From the NCBI GenBank assembly GCA_965238005.1, contig OZ250165.1:4032001-4096000 (forward strand): a DNA stretch of 64,000 nt. The letters run 5' to 3'. The notes beneath the pieces were generated by a model. The model ran no database searches. It worked only from the letters and a program-made list of their open reading frames with translations, and was not told the origin of the DNA. Positions within the stretch are counted from its first letter, which is position 1. Every line of letters starts with the position of its first letter. The translations under genes and the position numbers were made by a program. Shown here in pieces: positions 48,221 through 57,733 of this stretch. The DNA is from Longimicrobiales bacterium. GTDB taxonomy: Bacteria; Gemmatimonadota; Gemmatimonadetes; Longimicrobiales; Gaopeijiaceae.

Positions 48221-49791
48221 GGTCCGGTCGAGCGAGGAGTGAGCCGGGCGACGGGCACGATCATCTCCTCCGGCGAGATGCCCCCGTGGAGGAACGAGTT
48301 CCGGTACCGCCGCTGGTACTCCCTCAGCTTGGTCGGATAGACGAAGAAGTAGTCCTCCAGCGCCAGGACGTATGTCGTGCCCAGCTTTCCCCCGGGAAGG
48401 CGGAGGTCTTCGCTCCTTGGCGTCGCGAATGCCGCCCGCGCATCCTCCGCCCTGAGGTCCTGACCGAACTTGTAACGAAGGTTGCTGGTGGCATCACGTC
48501 TGGCGAACACCGTCGCCGGATGCTGGCACAGGATGGAGCCGTGATCGGTGGTCATGATCACCTTTTGGCCGGCCGCGGCCGCCTCTTTGAGAACGGAGAA
48601 GGCCGTCGATCTCTTGAACCACGCCCTCGTCAGACCTCGAAGCGCCGCCTCGTCCTTCGCCACCTCCATGAGGATGGGCGATTCGCTTCGTCCGTGTGTC
48701 ATGAGGTCCACGAAGTTGAAGACCATTGCGATCACTGATCCGGGCTGCTTGAGGGCCGAGCCGACGCGGCCCCGTACCTGATCGCCGTCACGGTCGGTGA
48801 AGATCTTCTCGTAGTGCACCGGGACGGTGCGACCCGTGAGACGCTCCAGCTGGGCCTCCAGCAACTCGTCCTCGAAGGCGTTCAGGCTGCCCTCGTCGTC
48901 GGAGCGATTCCACCAGCTGGGCCGGTCTTCGGCGATTTGATCCGGAAACTGACCGCTGAACAGGGCGTTCCTGGCGTAGGGCGTGGCGGTGGGCAAGATC
49001 GAATAGTGGTACGACTCCTCGATGTCGAAGTGCTGCGCGATGAGCGGGGCGATGACCCGCCACTGGTCCAGCCGCATGCAGTCCAGGACCACCAGGAACA
49101 CCGGATCCTCACCCAGCAGCGGAACGAGGTGCTCCCGGACCACGTCCACGGAGAGAGGCGGGCACTCCCCTTCGCCACGCATCCAGCGGGGATACTCCCT
49201 ACCGATCCAACGACCGAAATCGCTGCGCAGGTCGGTCATGAGCGCCTGGACGGTATCCAGGAGCCCCGCCTCCCCCGCCTCCTCGAGTCGTACGTGCCAG
49301 TCCGTGAGCTCGATGTACACTTCGGCGAAGTCGTCCGGACTCCGGGCCTCCTGCCGCTTCATCGAGAGCCGTCCGAAGCGCGACGCGAAGTCCTGTGCCA
49401 CCCGTTGCTGCCGTATGTTGGACCCCTCCAGAATACGGGTCACGACGGAGAGCACCTGACGGGGGCTGGTGGGCTTCACGAGGTAGTCGGCCACGCGCCG
49501 TCCGATGGCCTCGGTCATGGTGTGGTCCTCTTGGGACTTGGTCACCATCACCACCTGTGCGTGCGGATCCTCCCGGCGCAGAATCTCCAGTACCTCCATG
49601 CCCCGCCTCCCAGGCATCTGCTCGTCGAGAAGTACGAGGTCGTAGGCGTGCTTCCGCATCAACACGAGCGCGTCGTCGCCGTTGGTGATGGCGTCGACGT
49701 GGTACCCCCGCGCCTGCAGAAACAGGAGGTGGGGCTTGAGAAGGTCGATCTCGTCGTCGACCCAGAGGATGCGCTTTCCTGACGATTCCAT
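48217..49791 (-). CDS. PorX-like response regulator (REC plus PglZ alkaline-phosphatase-superfamily domain)
   Basis: ILWVDDEIDLLKPH, LLDEQMPG, SILPTATPYARNALFSG, TTDHG and HGGISPEEMIVP motifs. Confidence 0.92.
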   Translation of the reverse strand: MESSGKRILWVDDEIDLLKPHLLFLQARGYHVDAITNGDDALVLMRKHAYDLVLLDEQMPGRRGMEVLEILRREDPHAQVVMVTKSQEDHTMTEAIGRRVADYLVKPTSPRQVLSVVTRILEGSNIRQQRVAQDFASRFGRLSMKRQEARSPDDFAEVYIELTDWHVRLEEAGEAGLLDTVQALMTDLRSDFGRWIGREYPRWMRGEGECPPLSVDVVREHLVPLLGEDPVFLVVLDCMRLDQWRVIAPLIAQHFDIEESYHYSILPTATPYARNALFSGQFPDQIAEDRPSWWNRSDDEGSLNAFEDELLEAQLERLTGRTVPVHYEKIFTDRDGDQVRGRVGSALKQPGSVIAMVFNFVDLMTHGRSESPILMEVAKDEAALRGLTRAWFKRSTAFSVLKEAAAAGQKVIMTTDHGSILCQHPATVFARRDATSNLRYKFGQDLRAEDARAAFATPRSEDLRLPGGKLGTTYVLALEDYFFVYPTKLREYQRRYRNSFLHGGISPEEMIVPVARLTPRSTGP

Positions 49792-49884
49792 GGCGGAAAC
49801 CTACACCCGGCCTCGGGCTGAAAGAAGGTACGAGCCGAATCTCCGGGCTCCCCCCGCGCGCCGGTGGACAGCGGTCGACACGAG

Positions 49885-50205
49885 TCAGATTCCGGCCCGA
49901 AGCTCGAGCTCGACCAAGAATCCGTGGTCCGAGAGGATGGGGTATCTGGACAAGGTGAGGAGCCCTCCACTGCAATCCCGCCGGAGGAAGCCCAGGGCCC
50001 ACTGCTCGCAGAGTGCCTTTTCCCAAACCTGGTACGCGTCGCCGAGGTACTTTACGGCGAAGGGCCTGAAGTCGATGTCGAAGGCCTCCTGAAGCGGGAT
50101 GACGGTCCGGCTCAGCTCCAAATCCTCGAGGGGATCATCGGGAGACGTGCCCTTCTGTCCATGCCCGGAAGTGCGATCGGCAGAGCCCAGACGTTGAAGG
50201 TGTGA
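49885..50205 (-). pseudogene. Endonuclease/exonuclease/phosphatase family remnant
   Basis: TFNVWALP, then in another frame LQEAFD...SGGLLTLSRYPIL; C-terminal half missing. Confidence 0.65.
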
Positions 50206-50299
50206 CCTGCTCGCCTATCCGCAACCTCGCAGACATTCAGAGGAGCGCAATTGAGCCTGGTGTCTCTCGCGCCCAGCGACCTGACGTACGGGGCCGACG

Positions 50300-50650
50300 G
50301 ATTGACCGCTCGGGGCGGTCGAGCCCGACGCCCGCGAGGGCATCGTCTTCCAGACGACGACGGGCGAAGGAACCGCCACATGGGTCCAGACGCGGCGCAA
50401 CCCCGCCGCCGGCGTGGCCTCGTACGCGTATGTCATACCGGGCCACCGGGCCACGATGGTGGATGTTGGTGTGGACCCCGCCGGTGAGGACCGTGGCCGA
50501 GCGCGGGTGACGTATCGGATGACGTCCCTTACGTCCGATGCCGACGCCTTCGTCCGGGAGTGCGGCGACGGGTTCGGCGAGTTCATGGCCCAGTGGGAGG
50601 AGGCCATTCAGAGACATGTCGTGGAGGGCGCGCCGCCAGCTGAGGACTGA
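50300..50650 (+). pseudogene. Fragment of an SRPBCC-like hypothetical gene
   Basis: EGIVFQT...TATWV / YAYVIPG...ARVTYRMTSL...FMAQWEEAI in shifted frames, with no N-terminus. Confidence 0.35.
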
Positions 50651-50678
50651 TATCCGCCGGGCGCGGGCGGGCGGATCG

Positions 50679-51350
50679 CTACATGCTGATGGTGTAGGGA
50701 AACCAGGAGCCCACGGCCTTCCCGCCCTTCTTGGCCGGCTCGAAGATCCACTCCGAGGCTTCACGGACGAGGCGACTGTTGAAGTCGCGGTCAGACGTAG
50801 GCGGCCTCAGCCGTGTTGAGTCGGCCACCACGCGACCCAGCTCGTTCACGAACACCCAGACCTGGACCTTCTGGCCTCTGAGGCTCTTGTTGGCCGGCGG
50901 GATGATCATCCCCCGGGGTGAGGGCGGCACCAAGCGGAAGAACCCCTCCGCGGCATTGCCTCCGTCGCCTCTGCCATCCCCCTCGGGGAGACCCGGTCCG
51001 TCGTTCCCCGGCCGGTCGCCAAGGATGGAGGCCGTCTCGATCTCCTGCTCCATCTCCGTCTCCACCTGCAGGACGGGCTCGAAGGTGGGCAGGGGGATCC
51101 TCGGAGGAATGATGGGGCGCGGTGGAGGGATTCTGAGGCTGACGGTCTGCATCCCACCGGACGCAGCTCGGTTGTCCCCGGCGCGGGGACCCGCCGCGGC
51201 GAAGGGGGATTCAACGGGACTCTCGCCCCACCAGAAGAAGAACACGAAGAGGTGCACGACCACAGACGCCACGAGCCCGTTCCGCCAGTACCTACGCTCG
51301 GCGAAACGTCTCTCCGCGTTACTGAGACGGTGGATGTCCTGGGTGGTCAT
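50679..51350 (-). CDS. TonB-like energy transducer
   Basis: TM with SVVVH (SxxxH), Pro/Gly-rich linker and a TonB-C-like end (VFVNELGRV...WIFEPAKKGGKAV). Confidence 0.78.
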   Translation of the reverse strand: MTTQDIHRLSNAERRFAERRYWRNGLVASVVVHLFVFFFWWGESPVESPFAAAGPRAGDNRAASGGMQTVSLRIPPPRPIIPPRIPLPTFEPVLQVETEMEQEIETASILGDRPGNDGPGLPEGDGRGDGGNAAEGFFRLVPPSPRGMIIPPANKSLRGQKVQVWVFVNELGRVVADSTRLRPPTSDRDFNSRLVREASEWIFEPAKKGGKAVGSWFPYTISM

Positions 51351-51496
51351 CTGGAATCGGTCACCTCATACCTGAGGCAACTGGCACCCTTATAGTACCG
51401 CATAGTACCGCCTGATGCGTGTGCGGGTTTCGTCCACGGCAACCCAACCCGTAGCCTACCGAGCAAGATCCCGAACTCACAATTCAGTATCGGCAG

Positions 51497-52882
51497 GTGG
51501 CCATGAGTATACCAGAGACTACGGCATCGGGTTCGCGGGAGTCGTGGGGGAGCCGCTTCGGCTTCATCATGGCGACCGCGGGCTTCGCGGTGGGGCTCGG
51601 CAACATCTGGCGATTCCCATACGTGACTGGGAGCAACGGAGGAGGCGCCTTTCTCCTGGTCTACGTGGCGTTCAGCATCCTCATCGGGATCCCCCTGCTC
51701 ACCGCCGAGATCGGCCTGGGGCGAAAGGTGCGGCTCACGTCGCTGGCGGGCATGACGCGAGCCACGGGGAGCTCCATCCACCCGTGGAACGTGATCGGGT
51801 GGATGGGCACCGCCACCGCCATCATCATCATGGGCTACTACCTCATGCTCCTGGGGTGGATCGCCGGGTACCTGGTCATGGCGATCTCCGGTGAGCTCGG
51901 GACCCCCCCCGAAGGAGATTACGCACGACTCTACGACGGCTTCGTCTCCCGACCCGGGGTCGTACTGGCCTACACCGGCGCGGTCGCCACCGGGATGTGC
52001 GTCATCGTGTTGATGGGGGTGCGCAAGGGCGTGGAGCGTCTCGCCCAGATCGGCATGCCCCTGTTCTTCGTGATCCTGCTGGCGCTTGCCATCCGCTCTC
52101 TGACGTTCCCGGGGGCCGGCGCAGGGCTGACCTGGTATCTCCGCCCCGACTTCTCGGCTCTCGACGGCGAGGCGGTCCTCATCGCCCTGGGCCAATCCTT
52201 CTACTCCATCGGGATCGGGATGGCTGCAGCGTTCGGCTTCGGGAGCTACCTGCACCCCACCGAGAGCGACGTCCCCGGCAGCGCGGCCATCGTCGTAGCC
52301 TTCGACACCGCGGTGGCGTTCATCGCCGGCCTGGTGATTTTCCCCGCGTTGTTCGCGTTCGGGTTGGAGCCGGACGCCGGGCCTGGGCTCCTCTTCGTTA
52401 CCATGGCCAACCTCTTCGCCCGCATGCCAGCCGGACAGCTCTTCAGCATCGCGTTCTTCCTGCTGCTGCTCCTGGCAGGGGTGACGTCGGCGGTAGCTCA
52501 GCTCGAGGTACTGGTCGCCACCTTGGGCGACTCCTGGGGAGTCGGACGGAAGAAGGGCGTGATCATCACCGGCGGCGCGCTCATACTGCTCAATGTCCCG
52601 GTGGTGCTCTCGCAAGGGTCCTGGTCCGAGGTACGGATCTTCGGAATGGATCTCTTCGTTCTCACGGACTATGTCGCGGGGAGCGTGGTCTTGCCTATCG
52701 GCGCATTGGCTCTGGTTCTCTATGTGGCTGTGTCCTGGGGATGGGAGGGATTTCGCGACGACCTGAACCAGGGGGCGGTGCGGGTCAAGGTAGCCTCCAG
52801 CTGGAAGCCCTTCGTCATGGTCCTCATCCCCGTCGCAGTGGTGATGATCCTACTGGTGGGCCTGGGGTTGATCGGTTCCTAG
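51497..52882 (+). CDS. Sodium-dependent transporter (NSS/SNF family)
   Basis: RESWGSRFGF, AVGLGNIWRFPY, NGGGAF and ALGQSFYS motifs. Confidence 0.96.
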   Translation: MAMSIPETTASGSRESWGSRFGFIMATAGFAVGLGNIWRFPYVTGSNGGGAFLLVYVAFSILIGIPLLTAEIGLGRKVRLTSLAGMTRATGSSIHPWNVIGWMGTATAIIIMGYYLMLLGWIAGYLVMAISGELGTPPEGDYARLYDGFVSRPGVVLAYTGAVATGMCVIVLMGVRKGVERLAQIGMPLFFVILLALAIRSLTFPGAGAGLTWYLRPDFSALDGEAVLIALGQSFYSIGIGMAAAFGFGSYLHPTESDVPGSAAIVVAFDTAVAFIAGLVIFPALFAFGLEPDAGPGLLFVTMANLFARMPAGQLFSIAFFLLLLLAGVTSAVAQLEVLVATLGDSWGVGRKKGVIITGGALILLNVPVVLSQGSWSEVRIFGMDLFVLTDYVAGSVVLPIGALALVLYVAVSWGWEGFRDDLNQGAVRVKVASSWKPFVMVLIPVAVVMILLVGLGLIGS

Positions 52883-52963
52883 TGCAAGGCGCTTGCGACC
52901 CCCTCCCCCTTTGGACAAGTTCGTTCCTCGCCGGGTCCGCACCCGACAGCCGTGAGTTGAGCC

Positions 52964-53785
52964 ATGACTGACACCAGGCCGAACGTCCCGAGGGGCCTTC
53001 GTCCCAACCTGCCCAAGCGTCCCGCCGTCGAAGGAGACGCATGGGAGCAGATCCAAGCCGCTCAGGAGAAGATGAAGCAGCGGGAATATGTGCGTTTCTC
53101 CGTGTTCCGAGTCGACCCCGCCTGGCGCCGGCTTCCCAAGGAGGAGCGTGAGCGGCACAAAGACGAGTTCGAAGCCGCCGTCGCCGATCGGGGCAGCAAG
53201 ATGATGATCTACTCGTACGCCCTGATCGGGACCCGGGGCGACGCCGACTTCCTCCTCTGGCAGGCGTGCCGCGAGCTGGATCAACTCCAAGACCTGGCGG
53301 CGGCTCTCAATCACACCGCCCTCGGGGGATTTCTGTCGCTTCCTTATTCTTACTTCGCCATGACCAAGCGGTCCATCTACCTGAACCGCTACGAGGACGA
53401 GTACATCGCGGCCTACGGAGGTGCAGACGTCGTCGACAGGTCGCGCGTCGCCATCAACCCGCAGGGATCGGAGTACCTGTTCGTCTATCCCATGGCCAAG
53501 ACGCGGGAGTGGTACAAGCTCCCTCACGAGGATCGCCAGCGTATGATGGACGAGCACATCCGTGTCGGCCATCAATGGCCCGACGTGAAGCTGAACACGA
53601 GCTACTCGTACGGGCTGGACGACCAGGAATTCGTGGTCGCCTTCGAGGCGGATCACCCGGGGCGCTTCCTCGACCTGCTCATGGCCCTACGCCTGACCGA
53701 AGCGTCGGCGTACACGCTCTTCGACGTGCCCGCGTTCACGGGCCTGGCCAGGTCCATGAGGGACACCCTGGATTCCCTGGGATGA
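52964..53785 (+). CDS. chdC: Coproheme decarboxylase / chlorite dismutase family protein
   Basis: YPMAKTREWY, proximal His in MMDEH, GLDDQEFVV; Leu rather than Arg at the distal site (VKLNTSYS); next to heme o synthase. Confidence 0.75.
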   Translation: MTDTRPNVPRGLRPNLPKRPAVEGDAWEQIQAAQEKMKQREYVRFSVFRVDPAWRRLPKEERERHKDEFEAAVADRGSKMMIYSYALIGTRGDADFLLWQACRELDQLQDLAAALNHTALGGFLSLPYSYFAMTKRSIYLNRYEDEYIAAYGGADVVDRSRVAINPQGSEYLFVYPMAKTREWYKLPHEDRQRMMDEHIRVGHQWPDVKLNTSYSYGLDDQEFVVAFEADHPGRFLDLLMALRLTEASAYTLFDVPAFTGLARSMRDTLDSLG

Positions 53786-53789
53786 GACG

Positions 53790-53957
53790 CTAGTGTTCCG
53801 TTTCCGAATTTCACGAGCCACCAGGAGGGCCGGGGCGCCGTGGGATCAAGGCGGGACGACGCGGCGTAGCGCAGGCTACGGTAGGGAGTCCCAACGCAGA
53901 GCCCACGGATGCGCCGTGCCCTCGACTGGCCGAGATACTTTGGCAACCGGACACTAG
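53790..53957 (+). mobile_element. MITE copy 3 (168 bp, longest copy)
   Basis: CTAGTGTTCCGTTTCCGAA...TTTGGCAACCGGACACTAG: imperfect terminal inverted repeats with CTAG at both ends and no transposase. Confidence 0.85.
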
Positions 53958-53989
53958 TCCGTGGGACCCCACCCACCCCAGAGCTTTCA

Positions 53990-54889
53990 ATGACCGAGGC
54001 GGTTGAGGAGCAGGCAGCAGGGAAAGCTGCGGGCAAGCTCAGATCTCTCTATGAGCTGACCAAGCCCGGAATCGCCGGATACGTCATGATCACCGCCGGC
54101 GTGAGCTACTACGTCGCGGCTCGAGGCCAGGCCGACTTTCTGCCCGTCACTCATACACTGGTAGGAGTGGCCCTCGGGACCGCCGGGGCCCTGGCACTCA
54201 ACCAGTACGTGGAGCGGGACGTGGACGCGGTCATGAAGCGGACCCAGACGCGCCCCCTCCCCTCCGGGCGCCTCCGACCCGGCGAGGCACTGGCGTTCGG
54301 CTGGGGGCTATTGGTGGTGGGGCTGGTCTACCTGGGCGTCACCGTGGGCTGGCTCCCGTCCGTTCTCACGGCCGCGGCGGCGGCAGCGTACATCCTGGCG
54401 TACACGCCCCTCAAGACGCGCTCCTATCTAGCCACTCTGGTGGGTGCCGTCCCGGGTGCCTTCCCGGCTCTGATCGGGTGGAGCGCCGCCGTCGGCACCA
54501 TGGAGTTCGGGGGCGTGGTGCTCTTCTGTATCGCTTTCCTATGGCAGCTCCCCCACGTTTTGGCTCTCGCCTGGCTCCTTCGTGAGGACTATGCCCGGGT
54601 GGGCTTCTTCCTCAGCCCTCCCACCGATCCGGAGGGTGTCCGCATCGGCAAGCATATGGTGTACCACTCCGTCTCCCTCCTGCTGATCAGTGCCCTGCCC
54701 ACCTTCCTGGGGCTGACCGGCAGAATCTATCTGACAGGGGCCATCCTCCTGGGGCTCATCACGCTGGCGTTCTCACTGGCAGCCGCAGCCGAGATGTCAC
54801 GCACACGAGCTCGCAAGGTCTTCCTCTGGTCTCTCATCTATCAGCCGGCCCTTCTGGTGCTGCTTCTGATCGACACCGTCCGCATCTGA
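53990..54889 (+). CDS. cyoE: Protoheme IX farnesyltransferase (heme o synthase)
   Basis: LTKPGI, NQYVERDVDAVMKRTQTRPLPSG, YTPLK, WQLPH and REDY motifs. Confidence 0.95.
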   Translation: MTEAVEEQAAGKAAGKLRSLYELTKPGIAGYVMITAGVSYYVAARGQADFLPVTHTLVGVALGTAGALALNQYVERDVDAVMKRTQTRPLPSGRLRPGEALAFGWGLLVVGLVYLGVTVGWLPSVLTAAAAAAYILAYTPLKTRSYLATLVGAVPGAFPALIGWSAAVGTMEFGGVVLFCIAFLWQLPHVLALAWLLREDYARVGFFLSPPTDPEGVRIGKHMVYHSVSLLLISALPTFLGLTGRIYLTGAILLGLITLAFSLAAAAEMSRTRARKVFLWSLIYQPALLVLLLIDTVRI

Positions 54890-54913
54890 TACCGCCGCAT
54901 ATGGAGCTCCGTC

Positions 54914-56116
54914 ATGATCATTGAAAGAACAATCGTCGTCACCGCACTTTCCTTTTTCGCTCTAGCGCCTGACGCCGTGAGCCAGGACGGCGACCGACCC
55001 CGCGCTCGAGATCTCGGCATGACCGTGGGCGTCTTCTCCCCCGGGCCGCTGAACGCCATCACCGACGTGGCGGGCGTCCTGGTGGGCCAGGTCACGGTGA
55101 CTGAGGGCCACCGGGTCAACACCGGGGTGACGGCCATTCGCCCCCACGGGGGCAGCCTGTATCACGATCGCGTTCCGGCCGCCATGTATGTCGGCAACGG
55201 CTTCGGGAAGCTCCTGGGAGTAACCCAGGTCCGGGAGCTGGGTGAGCTGGAGACGCCCATCCTCCTCACCTGCACGCTCTGTGTATGGAAGGCCGCCGAC
55301 GCCATGGTGGAGTGGGCGCTCGAGCAGCCTGGCATGGAGCGCGTACGGTCGCTGAACGCCGTGGTGGGCGAGACCAACGACGGGGGGCTGAACGACATCC
55401 GGAACCGTCCCATCACCCCGGCCCACGTTCGGGAGGCCATCGAGTCCGCCAGCGGTGGTCCCGTGGAAGAGGGGTCCGTGGGCGCGGGCCGGGGAACACG
55501 AGCATTCGGCTGGAAGGGAGGGATTGGCACCAGCAGCCGCGTCCTACCGGAGAGCCTCGGCGGCTTCACTGTGGGAGTGCTGGTCCAGTCTAACTTCGGT
55601 GGGATCCTCACCATGGCCGGCGCTCCGGTGGGACAGGAGCTGGGACGCTATTCCTTCCGCGGAGCCGTCGAAGGTGGCGCCCGGGATCAGGGGCCCGAAG
55701 CCGACGATGCCGGCGGATGGAACGATGCCGACGAGGGTCAGGGGTCCATCATGATAGTAGTGGCCACCGACGCTCCCCTGTCTCCCCTCAAGCTCGAGCG
55801 CCTGGCCAAGCGAGCGATCATGGGCCTAGCCCGCACCGGCTCCTTCGCCGGAAACGGATCGGGCGACTACGTCATCGCGTTCTCGACGGCCCAAGGGGTG
55901 AGGCGCGAGCCCGGCGAGGAGTGGACGGAGTCCGTCGAAGTGCCGAACGACCGGATCTCGGCCCTGTTCGAGGGGGCGGCCGAGGCCACCCAGGAAGCGA
56001 TCTACAACTCGCTGTTGAAGGCGACCACGGTCTCGGGCATGGGTCGTGCCGCGGACGCCATCGATGTCGATGAGGTGGTGCGGGTCCTCAGGGAGTACAA
56101 CGTCATACGCCCCTGA
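54914..56116 (+). CDS. DmpA / peptidase S58 (P1) family aminopeptidase
   Basis: NAITDVAGV, GNGFGK, GETNDG, GWKGGIGTSSR, the G|SI autoprocessing site (QGSIMI) and GSGD. Confidence 0.93.
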   Translation: MIIERTIVVTALSFFALAPDAVSQDGDRPRARDLGMTVGVFSPGPLNAITDVAGVLVGQVTVTEGHRVNTGVTAIRPHGGSLYHDRVPAAMYVGNGFGKLLGVTQVRELGELETPILLTCTLCVWKAADAMVEWALEQPGMERVRSLNAVVGETNDGGLNDIRNRPITPAHVREAIESASGGPVEEGSVGAGRGTRAFGWKGGIGTSSRVLPESLGGFTVGVLVQSNFGGILTMAGAPVGQELGRYSFRGAVEGGARDQGPEADDAGGWNDADEGQGSIMIVVATDAPLSPLKLERLAKRAIMGLARTGSFAGNGSGDYVIAFSTAQGVRREPGEEWTESVEVPNDRISALFEGAAEATQEAIYNSLLKATTVSGMGRAADAIDVDEVVRVLREYNVIRP

Positions 56117-56128
56117 CGGTGCTCCGGG

Positions 56129-57733
56129 TCAGTCGCCCAGGAATACGGCCTGGGCGTCGAAGATCTCGTCCTCTTCGCGCAGGGCCGCGAGGATGCTCGA
56201 TCCCACCTTGCCGTCCACGGTGATCGCGGCCAGGGCCTCACCACCCTCGCTCTGACGGGCCTGCATGTACTCCGCGATATTCAGACCGTGGGTCCCGAAC
56301 AGCGTGCCTACCTTCCCGATGACGCCGGGAACGTCATTGTTCCGAAGCACGACCAGGCATCCCTCCGGCTTTACGCTCAGCCGGAACTCGTCTATCTGGA
56401 CGATGCGCGGATGTAGTTGCTCACCGAGGAGAGCGCCACAGACGCGGACCCTCTGCCGCTCGTTCTCCAGCACGACCTCCAAGAACTCCGAGTATTCCTG
56501 ACGCTCGCCCAGGAGCCTCGTTCCGATCGCGATGTTCCTCGACTCCGCCAGGTGCAGGGCGTTCACGTAGTTGACGTTGCGCCTCCCCACGACCGGTGTG
56601 AGCATGCCCGTCATCACGGCGGCGGATAGCGGATGGAGAATCTCGTCCGTCTCTGCGGCCAGACCGATGTCGACACGCCGCATCCCCCCCCATCCCAGCA
56701 CGCCGGCCACCCGCCCGATCTTCCGGGCGAGATCGAGAAGGGGCCGGAGCACCTTGAGCTCAGCTCCCCCGATGGCCGGCGCATTGACGGCCCGGGAAAG
56801 ATCTCCATCGAGGAGCGCCGCGCGCACGCCCTCGGCGATCTCGGAGGCGACCGACTCCTGGGCCTCCACCGTGGAGGCACCGAGGTGGGGCGTGAGAACC
56901 AGGTTGGGGGCACCCCGCAAGGGACTGTCCTCAGGCAGGGGCTCCGTGTCGTAGACGTCGAGGGCCGCCCCGGCGATCTCTCCGGCCTCCAGGGCCGCCA
57001 CCAGGGCGTCCTCATCCACCACGCCTCCCCGGGCCGCATTGATCAGGATGGCCGTCGGCTTCATGGACTGCAGCTCCTTCCGACCGATCATGCCCTCGGT
57101 AATGGGCGTCATGGGCACGTGCAGGGAGACCACGTCCCCCTGGGCCAGGGCGCCGGCCAGCTCGACGCGCTCCACCTCCAGCTCCTTGGCCCGCTCCTCC
57201 GTGAGGTAGGGGTCGTTGGCGATGGTCCGCATGCCGAACGCCTGGGCCCGATGGGCCACCTCGGCCCCGATGCGACCCGCCCCCACGAGCGACAGGGTCT
57301 TGCCGCGAAGCTCCATCCCGGCGAAGCGTGAGCGGGCCCACTCGCCGCTCCTCACCGAGTTGTTGGCCGCCGACACCTTCCGCGCCACCGCCAGCGTTAG
57401 CGCCATGACCAGCTCGGCGGCGGACACGGTGTTGCCCTCCGGAGCGTTGATCACCGGAATGCCGTGCTCGGTGGCCACCTCGACGTCGATGTTGTCCACA
57501 CCGACCCCGGCACGTCCCACCACCCGAAGGTTCGGTGAGACCTCCAGGAGCTCACGGGTGACCTTGGTTGCGCTCCGCACGATGAGGCCGTGTGCCATGG
57601 CCATGGCCTCGTACAGCCGCTCGGTGTCCCACCCGTTGGCCATAAGGACCTCGAAACGAGGATCTCCCGTCAGGGGCTCGAGGCCCGAGGCGGAGATCTC
57701 GTCCGCCACGACAACCACGAACTTCTCGCTCAT
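56129..57733 (-). CDS. serA: D-3-phosphoglycerate dehydrogenase (long form with ASB/ACT domains)
   Basis: GRAGVGVDNID, GAGRIG, NAARGG and TPHLGAST motifs; C-terminal ACT (NDVPGVIG); start MSEKF overlaps the upstream stop. Confidence 0.95.
   Translation of the reverse strand: MSEKFVVVVADEISASGLEPLTGDPRFEVLMANGWDTERLYEAMAMAHGLIVRSATKVTRELLEVSPNLRVVGRAGVGVDNIDVEVATEHGIPVINAPEGNTVSAAELVMALTLAVARKVSAANNSVRSGEWARSRFAGMELRGKTLSLVGAGRIGAEVAHRAQAFGMRTIANDPYLTEERAKELEVERVELAGALAQGDVVSLHVPMTPITEGMIGRKELQSMKPTAILINAARGGVVDEDALVAALEAGEIAGAALDVYDTEPLPEDSPLRGAPNLVLTPHLGASTVEAQESVASEIAEGVRAALLDGDLSRAVNAPAIGGAELKVLRPLLDLARKIGRVAGVLGWGGMRRVDIGLAAETDEILHPLSAAVMTGMLTPVVGRRNVNYVNALHLAESRNIAIGTRLLGERQEYSEFLEVVLENERQRVRVCGALLGEQLHPRIVQIDEFRLSVKPEGCLVVLRNNDVPGVIGKVGTLFGTHGLNIAEYMQARQSEGGEALAAITVDGKVGSSILAALREEDEIFDAQAVFLGD

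Noticed and set aside
48217..49791. BREX defence system, because of the PglZ domain
   Set aside because: The architecture is REC-PglZ (PorX type), and no brxC, pglX or brxL gene is nearby.
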